From positions 649 to 64,648 of the forward strand of contig JAHBAE010000036.1 of NCBI GenBank assembly GCA_018384485.1: a DNA stretch of 64,000 nt, given 5' to 3'. This DNA is from Kiritimatiellia bacterium. Lineage in GTDB: Bacteria; Verrucomicrobiota; Kiritimatiellia; RFP12; UBA1067. Positions 18,454 through 27,500 of the stretch are shown in pieces (positions within the stretch are counted from its first letter, which is position 1; every line of letters starts with the position of its first letter). Position numbers and translations under genes: made by a program. The notes under the pieces are model-generated. The model was not told the DNA's origin. It searched no databases and worked only from the letters and a program-made list of their open reading frames with translations.

Positions 18454-20066
18454 TTAAATTTGACCTCCAATGTGAACTGATCGACTTGAGACTTCGACCC
18501 GAGCGTCGACATATCGAGAATACTAACTCCATCCTTAAGCGCCACGCCCTTCGCCTTAACGCGGTCAACCACATACTCGCCGACCGTCTTTGTGCCTTCG
18601 GGAAGTTTGTCTTTAACTTTATCGCGCCAGAACCTCACTGTAATCTTGCCGTCTTCCGACCACTTCTCTATCCACATTCCGGGAAGGAGAGAATCTTTAA
18701 TCGCAGAAAGGCGATGAATTGCGACGGAGCGGCCTACGAGAAGTTTACGGAAATCCTCCGCTTCTTTCTCGGCTTCGTTCGCGGCCTTCTCAGCGCTCTC
18801 CACTTTCTTATCCATCGCGGAAAGCTTACTGGCTACGGCAGATACAGCATCGCGCCGCGCCTCAATCACGGAACGCTCGCGGTTAATTGCAAAGACCCCG
18901 CAAATAAGAGCCGAAACGAACATGACGCCAGCTGCAAGAAGCGCAGGAATGCGCGCCTTCTCGGCGCGTTCGGCGATGATGGACGGCGGCAGAAGATTGA
19001 TTGCGAAACGCGCGTTGTTCACATCGCGCAAAGCAAGGCCTGTGTTGACACCGAGAAATACCACGTCCGACTCAACAGCTTCTGCGTCAACCGAGGACGC
19101 GACTCTCACAATCTCAAAGGGATTGAAAATTTCAACCTCGACGCCGAGCGATTCGGCGAAAAACTCGCCTGCCTGAGGAAGAAGGGAAGTGCCGCCGGCG
19201 AGATAAAGCTTCACCGGAGCCGCGCCGCCCTGCTGGCTGCGGTAGAAATTGATGGAGCGGGTAATTTCAGCGTTAAGACGCGTCATCACCGCACGGCATA
19301 CCTTAGAGACGCGGTCTGCCATTTCATCGGCATCCTCCGTCACGCCGCCGAGAGAAACGTAGCCTTGCTCTTTCTTAATGCGCTCGGCATCCTCCTGCGA
19401 ACATCCAAGAACTGCGGCAATCTCCTTTGTTATTGCATTGCCCGCTACGGGAATCGAGCGGTTGTAGAGTTTGTCGCCCTCGACAATCACAAGAGAAGTT
19501 GTTCTTGCACCAATATCGAGAACAATGACACACTCCTCCTCGGAGCCGCTTCTCACCGCACGGACTGAATTCGCGAGCGCTATCGGAGAGGCGTCAACTA
19601 CCTCAGGGCTGAAACCAACCGCCGAAACGGCCGAGCATATCGCCTCAAGCTGATCGACCTTCGCCGCGACAATCATGACAGATGTGTCGCCCGACTGAGT
19701 CTCGCCGAGAACCTGACGGTCGCAAACCATCTCATCAATCGGGAACGGTATGTTCTGCTCAATTTCGATGCGGACCATCGATTCAAACCGTTCGGCGCCT
19801 CCCGCCAAGGGAATGGCGGCAAATTTCGGGAACACCATCTGCCCGGGAATGGAGATGTTCACTTTACCGGGGCGAATGCCAGTTGCGCGGACGACTTCAA
19901 GAATCGCAGGCGTTAAAATCGTTTCCGTATTTCCGCCGTCAAGGGGAGCTGCCAGAAGCGACTGCCCGTAACGCGTAAGCGTAAGCGTTCCCCTTGCGGA
20001 ACAATCGTATTCCGCAAGCGTGACGTTCGTCGCGCCTATGTTGAGTGTTAAAATCTTCTTAGCCAT
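18450..20066 (-). CDS. pilM: Type IV pilus assembly protein PilM (actin-like ATPase fold) fused to a PilN-like TM/periplasmic domain
   Basis: 538 aa. MAKKILTLNIGATNVTLAEYD N-terminus typical of PilM. After about 360 aa comes a TM helix (IPALLAAGVMFVSALICGVFAI), then a coiled-coil and a periplasmic domain as in PilN. Confidence 0.8.
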   Translation of the reverse strand: MAKKILTLNIGATNVTLAEYDCSARGTLTLTRYGQSLLAAPLDGGNTETILTPAILEVVRATGIRPGKVNISIPGQMVFPKFAAIPLAGGAERFESMVRIEIEQNIPFPIDEMVCDRQVLGETQSGDTSVMIVAAKVDQLEAICSAVSAVGFSPEVVDASPIALANSVRAVRSGSEEECVIVLDIGARTTSLVIVEGDKLYNRSIPVAGNAITKEIAAVLGCSQEDAERIKKEQGYVSLGGVTEDADEMADRVSKVCRAVMTRLNAEITRSINFYRSQQGGAAPVKLYLAGGTSLLPQAGEFFAESLGVEVEIFNPFEIVRVASSVDAEAVESDVVFLGVNTGLALRDVNNARFAINLLPPSIIAERAEKARIPALLAAGVMFVSALICGVFAINRERSVIEARRDAVSAVASKLSAMDKKVESAEKAANEAEKEAEDFRKLLVGRSVAIHRLSAIKDSLLPGMWIEKWSEDGKITVRFWRDKVKDKLPEGTKTVGEYVVDRVKAKGVALKDGVSILDMSTLGSKSQVDQFTLEVKFK

Positions 20067-20105
20067 AAATCGAGGTGTTTGTAATTATTGGACTTTTTGC
20101 TTCTC

Positions 20106-20804
20106 TTATTGGGCGATGGCCTCGTAGTCGTTAGGATACACGAGAGCCCAAATCGACTTGGAGCGGTCGAGAAGACCTTGACGTCTCTCAATCATAGGTT
20201 TACCGTTAGCCTGCGCCTCCATAATCTTCTGCTCCTCCCAGAACTTCATGCCGGGATTGATTCCCTTGATTTCGCTCCAGGAATTATAGTAAAGGTTTTC
20301 GCCGTTCTGATTGGAAATCTCAAGACCGATTGCCTTGGGCGTTCCGAAGCGTTCAAGATAGCTGGGCGGCAACACGACAGATGAAGCGTGGGCACCTGCA
20401 GGAATATTGACATAGGAAGCTGACGTGGTGAAATAGCTATACGGCGCAAGCCTCTCCTCGTTGCCCTTGTTTTCCGTGGCGCTGCGCGTTTCAAGAAGAA
20501 CATGCCAGGTAAAAACGAGCTGATCGATAAATTTCGAATTTTCAGAACTGGAAGTTTCGTACTTCGCCTCAAGAACAATCCAGCGGCGCGGCTTCTTGTT
20601 GCACATGCCGACAAGAGAAGCCCCCGGAACAGAAGGAGCGGGAAGACAAGTTTGCTGACCGAGCTTAGGCTCCTGAGTGACGCGCACAATTCCGCTGCGG
20701 CTCGCGGCTGACGCCTGGCGCGAAGCCTTCTTGGCGGGAGCGGCGAACGAAGGCGCAAGTGCCGTTGCAACCGCAGCGCAAATAACGAAAACTTTCACAT
20801 TCAT
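20106..20804 (-). CDS. Secreted hypothetical protein, first gene of the pilus-like operon (Amuc_1102-like position)
   Basis: 232 aa with a clear signal peptide (MNVKVFVICAAVATALAPSFAA). No recognisable domain. Confidence 0.45.
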   Translation of the reverse strand: MNVKVFVICAAVATALAPSFAAPAKKASRQASAASRSGIVRVTQEPKLGQQTCLPAPSVPGASLVGMCNKKPRRWIVLEAKYETSSSENSKFIDQLVFTWHVLLETRSATENKGNEERLAPYSYFTTSASYVNIPAGAHASSVVLPPSYLERFGTPKAIGLEISNQNGENLYYNSWSEIKGINPGMKFWEEQKIMEAQANGKPMIERRQGLLDRSKSIWALVYPNDYEAIAQ

Positions 20805-20829
20805 TTTACGATTCCTTTCCCTTTTTCTC

Positions 20830-21810
20830 TTACATTATTTTCATCTTGGGTAAATCCTGAATATCGACAACGCCCACAACCTTTCCATCTGCATCGCAGA
20901 CGGGGAGGTCATCAATGCGCTTCTTCTCGAAAATCTTAAGAAGATCTGCGGCATAGACATCATCACGGACGAACATGGCGGGCGATGTCATCACGGTGGA
21001 GACTGCAGCATTGAGATCGACGCGCTTTTCACTCACCGCACGGCGGAAATCACCATCGGTGAAAATCCCTACGAGACGGCCGCTGCCATCGACAATCGCG
21101 GCAGAGCCCGACTTCGCTTTCGTCATGGCCATCAGGGACTCCATGACGGTGTTGTCGGGCGTGACGCGAGCGAAGCGTTCGCCGGAGCGCATGACGTCCG
21201 TCACCTTCATAACGAGAGCTCGCCCGATTGCGCCTGCAGGATGATTCATCGCGTAATCTTCAATCGGGAACTTCTGCGCATCGATGAGAACCATCGCAAG
21301 AGCATCGCCCATCGCCATCGTGGCGGTGGTGGAATTTGTCGGAGCCATCCCGAAGGGGCAAGCCTCCTTGCCGCACGGAATGCAAAGATGCACGTCGCTG
21401 AGTTTTGCCAGAGTCGACCCATCGTTGCCGGTAAGCGAAATGACTTTAAGCCCGTGGCGACGGATTGCCGGGATAAGTTTCACGACTTCTTCCGATTCAC
21501 CTGAGAACGAAAGGGCAATAAGAACATCGCGAGGAGAAACCATACCGAGATCGCCATGCATCGCCTGCACGGGATTGAGCACGATTGAGCGCGTGCCGGT
21601 GGAAGCAAAAATCGCGCTCATCTTCTCGGCGATATGAAGATTTTTTCCTACGCCGGTGACAACGACAAGCCCGCCCTTTTTAAGAGCGTCAAGAATCAAA
21701 TCAATTGTCTTGATGAAGCTCTCACCCAATGAATCACGTACGGCCTTTAAGCCTTCGATTTCCACATCGAAGACTTCTCTTGCTCTTGTGATGTTCGAAT
21801 GTTCAAACAT
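20830..21810 (-). CDS. kdsD: Arabinose-5-phosphate isomerase (KpsF/GutQ family: SIS domain plus tandem CBS domains)
   Basis: 326 aa. SIS domain (VVVTGVGKN...) followed by two CBS domains. Confidence 0.85.
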   Translation of the reverse strand: MFEHSNITRAREVFDVEIEGLKAVRDSLGESFIKTIDLILDALKKGGLVVVTGVGKNLHIAEKMSAIFASTGTRSIVLNPVQAMHGDLGMVSPRDVLIALSFSGESEEVVKLIPAIRRHGLKVISLTGNDGSTLAKLSDVHLCIPCGKEACPFGMAPTNSTTATMAMGDALAMVLIDAQKFPIEDYAMNHPAGAIGRALVMKVTDVMRSGERFARVTPDNTVMESLMAMTKAKSGSAAIVDGSGRLVGIFTDGDFRRAVSEKRVDLNAAVSTVMTSPAMFVRDDVYAADLLKIFEKKRIDDLPVCDADGKVVGVVDIQDLPKMKIM

Positions 21811-21823
21811 TATAACATTCCTA

Positions 21824-22861
21824 TTACTTCCCCTGGCTCTGAAGCAATGTCACGCAGGCGGTGCCGACGATATCTTCCGCCGAACAACCGCGCGAGAGAT
21901 CGTTCATCGCCTTGGCAAGGCCCTGAAGATTAGGACCGATCGCATCTGCGCCTCCAAGACGCTGCGCGATTTTATAGCCAATGTTTCCTGCCTGAAGATC
22001 AGGGAAAATGAAGACGTTTGCATTACCCTGGATGTCGCCCTGCGGATTCTTAAGCTGACCTACAGCGGGAACGATTGCAGCATCAAACTGCATTTCGCCA
22101 TCCATCTTGATGCCCTTCTCGGCGAAACGCGGCTTTGCAAGCTCGACTGCCTTCTGAACTTTTTCAACAAGCGGGCCGGCGGCGGAGCCTTTCGTCGAGA
22201 ACGAAAGATATGCAACACGCGGCTCGTTGCCTGTAAGATCGCGATAAGTCTCGGCAGTGGCAAGGCCAATGTCAACAAGCTGCTCGGCGGTAGGATCGGG
22301 GATTACGGCGCAGTCGCCGAAAGCGAGAACGCTGTCGCCTGCGGGAGTGGGCTCCTTAAGATCCATTATAAAGCAGGAGGAAGCAGTCTTCACTCCGGGC
22401 TGGGTGCCGAGCGTATGGAATGCGGCGCGAAGCATATCGCCAGTCGAAGCGATGGAGCCTGCGACAAGACCGTCGACCTTGCCGAGCTTTACCATCATTC
22501 CGCCGAAATAAATGCGCTTGGTGCGGAGTGTCTGCTGCGCTGCCGCAAGGTCGATCATCTTCTGCTTCTCAGCGGGCTTCTTCGACTCTTTGGCGTTCCA
22601 CGCTTCTAAGTAAGCCGCCTCAAGCTCGGCGTCACCCTGTGTGTAATCAATAACCTTGATAGCGCGCTCGGCGAGAGAAAGCCCAGCCTTCGCTTCTGCC
22701 GCGGCAATCTCTTCAGGAGTGCCAAGAACGACAGGCGTGCAAATTTTCCTGTCTACGAGTGCGCAAGCTGCCGTGATAACTCTTGCGTCCTGCCCTTCGG
22801 GAAGAACTATGCTACCGTTGAGCTTCGATGCCTTTTCAATTATATTCTTAATTGCGTACAT
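21824..22861 (-). CDS. pta: Phosphate acetyltransferase (short form)
   Basis: 345 aa. ...SFSTKGSA...GNANVFIFPDLQAGNIGYKIAQRLGGA...LSRGCSAEDIV motifs match Pta. Confidence 0.9.
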   Translation of the reverse strand: MYAIKNIIEKASKLNGSIVLPEGQDARVITAACALVDRKICTPVVLGTPEEIAAAEAKAGLSLAERAIKVIDYTQGDAELEAAYLEAWNAKESKKPAEKQKMIDLAAAQQTLRTKRIYFGGMMVKLGKVDGLVAGSIASTGDMLRAAFHTLGTQPGVKTASSCFIMDLKEPTPAGDSVLAFGDCAVIPDPTAEQLVDIGLATAETYRDLTGNEPRVAYLSFSTKGSAAGPLVEKVQKAVELAKPRFAEKGIKMDGEMQFDAAIVPAVGQLKNPQGDIQGNANVFIFPDLQAGNIGYKIAQRLGGADAIGPNLQGLAKAMNDLSRGCSAEDIVGTACVTLLQSQGK

Positions 22862-22865
22862 AGGG

Positions 22866-22965
22866 ATAATGTTTGAATGTTAGAATGTTAGAATGTTTGA
22901 ATGTTTGAATGTTGGAATGTTTGAATGTTTGAATGTTTGAATGTTTGAATGTTGGAATGTTAGGA
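22866..22965. repeat. About 12 tandem copies of the 8-mer GAATGTTN at the 3' side of the four-helix-bundle gene (pta-proximal)
   Basis: tgaatgtt agaatgtt agaatgtt tgaatgtt ... ggaatgtt, directly visible in the sequence. The array overlaps the last codons of the four-helix-bundle ORF. Confidence 0.9.
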
Positions 22966-23364
22966 GTGTTGGAGTTTTTTTGTCCTTAGTGTTCTGTTTA
23001 TTGCTTGCATTAATTTCAATATCTCTTCGCACTCATTCTTAATACTTGGTAACTGATTTCTACAATAACCCATTTCCTCTATTATTTCCATCCAATACAT
23101 GGCCTCAGAGCTTTCTTTTAATGCAATACTTATCTTATGTATAAAATCATCCTTTGATTCACTTCTATTGGCCTCTCTATAATTCGCACCAATAGATGTA
23201 GCTGCTCTACCTAATTGATTTCCTATTATTTTTGTTGTTGTTGAACTAGGAAACGACTCAATAAATTTAAGTACAGATACAGCGAACTGGCGTGTTCGCA
23301 TTTCCATCTGCATCTTAAACTCTCTTTTATCGTTCATTAACCACTTTCTCATTATTTGAAGCAT
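22960..23364 (-). CDS. Four-helix-bundle protein (23S rRNA intervening-sequence protein / DGR Avd-like family)
   Basis: 134 aa. ...RQFAVSVLKFIESFP...IIGNQLGRAATSIGANYREANRSESKDDFIHKISIALKESSEAMYWMEII... matches the TIGR02436/PF05635 family pattern. Confidence 0.85.
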   Translation of the reverse strand: MLQIMRKWLMNDKREFKMQMEMRTRQFAVSVLKFIESFPSSTTTKIIGNQLGRAATSIGANYREANRSESKDDFIHKISIALKESSEAMYWMEIIEEMGYCRNQLPSIKNECEEILKLMQAINRTLRTKKLQHS

Positions 23365-23401
23365 TCAAACATTCAAACATTCGAACATTCTAACATTAAC
23401 C
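23362..23401. repeat. Five tandem copies of CATTCNAA (reverse complement of the GAATGTTN array), spanning the four-helix-bundle start codon to the ackA stop codon
   Basis: cattcaaa cattcaaa cattcgaa cattctaa cattaacc. It forms an inverted-repeat pair with 22866-22965, bracketing the ORF. Confidence 0.9.
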
Positions 23402-24532
23402 AAGCACACGCACGGTATCTTTCGCGATCATGAGCTCTTCATTAGTGGGAAGCACTACGACGGGAATCTTTGAATCCTTAGTCGAGATAACAGCCACAAC
23501 GCCGTGCGACTTCTTATTTGCGGCCTTGTCAAGCTTGATTCCAAGCCCTGCAAGACGCTTGATAATGCGTTCACGCACTTCCGTAGAATTCTCTCCGATA
23601 CCGCCGCTCATTATAATCGCGTCTGCCCCGCCGATAATCGTGTTGTAGCCGCCAACATAAAACGCCACGCGGTAAGCAAGCATCTCAAGCGCAAGCTCGC
23701 ACTGCTTGTCACCCTTGGCCGCCTTCGCACAAATGTCACGGCAGTCTCCGCCGTTGACACCTGTAAGCCCCTGAAGACCAGAAGCTTTGTTAAGCATCTT
23801 ATCCATCTCGGCAGGCGTTTTTCCTTCCGCCTCCATAATGGACAGAATGGCTGCGGCGTCAATATCTCCGCAACGCGTTCCCATCACCATTCCGGCAAGA
23901 GGAGTAAGCCCCATTGAAGTATCCACAACCTGACCGTTCTTGATAGCTGCAAGAGAGCTGCCGTTTCCAAGATGGCATGTTACGAGATTCACCTTTGAAA
24001 GAGGCTTCTTCAAAAACTTCGCCGCAGCCTGAGTCACGAACTTGTGGCTCGTGCCGTGGAAACCGTATTTGCGGATGCCCATCTTCTTGTAATACTTAGG
24101 ATCAATGGCGTACATTGCCGCGCAATCAGGCATCGTCTGATGGAAAGCCGTATCGAAAACAGCAACGTTCGGAACGCCCTTGAAGATTTTCTCGCATGCC
24201 TCAATGCCACCGAGATTCGGAGGCATGTGGAGAGGCCCGAACTTAACAAGTTTCTTAAGCTGCGTCATTACGCTCTTCGTAACCTTCGCCGAATCCTTAA
24301 AGACTTCAGCTCCGTGAAGAACACGGTGCCCGATGGCATCGATATCGGTGGGATTGCCAAGGTCGGCTACAACCTGCTTTAACGCCTCGGCATGGTTAGC
24401 GGGGCCGCCAGCGCCGATGCGCTCGACGAGCCCCTTGGCGAGACGCTCTTCATTCTTCATATCAAAGAGCTGATACTTGAGCGAGCTCGAACCGGAATTT
24501 ATTACGAGAACTTTTCTGATTGTCTTTTTCAT
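23396..24532 (-). CDS. ackA: Acetate kinase
   Basis: 378 aa. N-terminal VLVINSGSSSLKYQLF. C-terminal ...VVVLPTNEELMIAKD typical of AckA. Adjacent to pta. Confidence 0.9.
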   Translation of the reverse strand: MKKTIRKVLVINSGSSSLKYQLFDMKNEERLAKGLVERIGAGGPANHAEALKQVVADLGNPTDIDAIGHRVLHGAEVFKDSAKVTKSVMTQLKKLVKFGPLHMPPNLGGIEACEKIFKGVPNVAVFDTAFHQTMPDCAAMYAIDPKYYKKMGIRKYGFHGTSHKFVTQAAAKFLKKPLSKVNLVTCHLGNGSSLAAIKNGQVVDTSMGLTPLAGMVMGTRCGDIDAAAILSIMEAEGKTPAEMDKMLNKASGLQGLTGVNGGDCRDICAKAAKGDKQCELALEMLAYRVAFYVGGYNTIIGGADAIIMSGGIGENSTEVRERIIKRLAGLGIKLDKAANKKSHGVVAVISTKDSKIPVVVLPTNEELMIAKDTVRVLG

Positions 24533-24571
24533 TTTATCCTGCTTTTAATACTTTCTTCTGAATAAGAAATA

Positions 24572-27500
24572 TTACTGTTCGATTTCAACCTTGTAGAAGC
24601 CGCTGGTATAGTCGCCGTCGGAAAGACCGACTTCAACATACTGCTCAGTCTTGCCAATCGAGCAGTTCTTCGTTTCTACCAGCGTCCAGTTGGCCTGGAC
24701 GAGCGAATCCTTCTTATAGACCTTGACTGTCACAGCCACTGAATCGGGGCTTGTGAAATCATAGATCTTCGAGAAGATTTTGCCTGCAATCGAATCGGCA
24801 ACTTCCGCATCGACAGTAAGAACAACCTTGCGCTTGGTAGGATCGAACGTAATCGAGGTGATCTTGACGGAGTCGCCCTTGATCGTCTTCTCGACAGCAG
24901 CACGGATTGCATCAAGTGAGGACTTCTCGCCGCTCATCTCGCCCAAGAGAAGCGTGCTCATTGCATCAGCATACTGGAATGCGGAGAGCGTGACACCCGA
25001 GAGTGTCGTGGAGACGCCTGCGTCAAACCCGCCCGCGTTGACTGCGCCAGATAACTTATCGGAGAGAATGAACTCGCCAGAAACGAGAGCCTTTGCGTCG
25101 TTTGCGTCCAAGCGACCGCTCTGAGCATACTCCAATGCGTCTGGCACCCAGTCATCGTCAGTATCGGCGTCTTCAATGTAGAGCCCAACATTGGGCATCG
25201 CGATTCCGGCGCCGACAGTAACGCTTTCTGCGACAGAGCCCCACGATTCCCAAACATCCTTCTTGAAGTTGTTATTCGAATCGATATATGCTCTTACGTA
25301 GTATGTGCCTGCAGGAAGCCCGATGAGCTTAGCGTTCGGGATAATCTTTGAGCTGTCTGCTATATCAGCCTTGTTGGTCACAACAACCCTCGAATAGTTT
25401 TCACCGCTGAAGTCGGCAGTGGTGAACGCCTCGAGGCGCACAGCGGCATTTGTAAGGACGGCCTCAGGACCTGTGTACTTGACGGTAACGGCTATTGCAT
25501 TGTAGCCGCGGTCGTCAACATCCTGCTGGGCGTTGACAAGAGTTCTGAATACGCCTGCCTCTTTAGAATATGCGTCCCAATTGAACTTCGAGTTGTACAT
25601 CGACACATACCACCAGTAGTTGCCGTTCGCCTCAAGCGTTTCACCTGTAGGCATCACGTCTCCGGGAGCGATTGGTGCCGTCCACTCGTAACGGCCTTCC
25701 CTGTTCTTCGCAGGCGCGCGGTTAATGCCGCTATCGTAAACGACCTTAGCGTTGACATTAGTGCCGTCACGAATCTGGAGGCGGAACGCCGTATACGTAT
25801 TAGACTTGCCCATCGACCAGCTGAATGTCGGGCGAGAGCCGTATGTGACAACATTCGCAAGATCAACTGGTATCGCGCGATTATCATACGAATCGAAGCG
25901 GCGCGTGAACACGTACGAAAGCGAGATATTGTTTGTAACAGGGCTTACGAGCAAGGAATTGTCGACAACCACACGGTAGCCAACCTCAACAGGATCTGGG
26001 CCCAACTCGGTGCCAATCAATCCCCCTAACGCGCTATCATACGCAATCTCATCAAAGTAAGACCAGTCGATATCAAACTCACCCTCTGAGATGAAGTCAC
26101 CTTCATGGAGGAAGCTGCGGACACCGAGATCCATATACTTGTCGACAAGTATGCGGTCAGGGAGATTGATCTTATTATCCCCAATTCCGAGCTGTACGCC
26201 GTTGACGGAATGACGATCGACGCGCACATGCAAATAGCGAAGACCGCCATCCCCGGATTCGCTTCCGGAATTTTCATTTCCGGCAGTAAGCGCAAGGTTG
26301 GTGATGATAATCGTATCGGAATATATTCCGTAAAGGGCAACGCGGTCGTTCTCCTCAGTCTTCACGTTGACACGGGCAAAGACGGGAGAAGTCTCGGTAA
26401 GCTCAACTGTAAACTTAGCGCCCTGCCAGCCGACATCTACTCCGTTGACATAGCCGAAAGGCTCGCCTGCCGTATAGTCGCCGTCGTGATTCTGGTCGGC
26501 GAAGACGACAAAGCTGTTGAGTCCCTCACGGACATAACCGCGGCTTGCGGCAGAGAAGTTTTGCTCACCGTCGCCGCTTTCTTCACCACCGTTTCCTTCT
26601 ACTGCACCTGACTTATCAGGATCGCCGAGGTAATACGTTCCGCCGATGTTGGAGCCGATGCTCATCCTCGACCATGCGATCTTCACATAGCTTGCGTCAA
26701 GATTGATCTTCTCGCAGTTGTAATAATCGGTAGGCTTTGCCGTGTCGGCATCAATCGCTTCATTGCCGTGCGAGGCGTTAACCATTGATGCGTAGACGCT
26801 TCCCGAAAGCGCAAGAGCGTTGAAGTTGATCTCAACCTTGCCAGTTGTGTAATCGATGGAGCCGACAGAAACGGCTGTCACCTGATTCGTAATTGTTGTT
26901 ACAAGCTCACCATTCTTATCCTGAACAAGAGCATACCACTTAGCCTGCGATACGCCAGCCTCGGAAACAGAGAGTTCGACATTGTTGCGGACAACTGCAC
27001 GGCGGAAGCTCGGGTCGCGGAAGTAGAGCTTCACAGAGCCGGGCGTGACGGCACCCGGGCCGAGGCTGTAAACCATCGTCGAAGAAGGCTTCATGCCGAT
27101 ATACTTCTTCGCCGTAAGCAGTCCAGTAGCCGTAGGCGTCGTCCAAATGGCATCAGCCGCGTGCATCATTCCAGGGTCAAACTTCTCGCTCCATGCGCGG
27201 AAGACGAGCGGACCGGAAATCGGATCGTAGCCGTTGTAGACTACCGTCGCCTCAATGACAGGTACAGGATGCTCGGCGAGCGTTTCCTGATCGACACCGA
27301 TAGAGTCGATAGCCTTCGGGCTCGTTCCTGCCTTCGCCTCGGCGTAGTTCGACCAACCATCACCATCGAGGTCCTTCTCTGGATCGTAGATGTAGCGGTT
27401 TGCCCACAGATCGCTCGAGAGCGAAGGTGCACCGGGATATGCCGCCTCCCAGAGGTCGGAGACTTGGTCGTGATCGGTGAAGAGCTCGCCAAGGTAGAGA

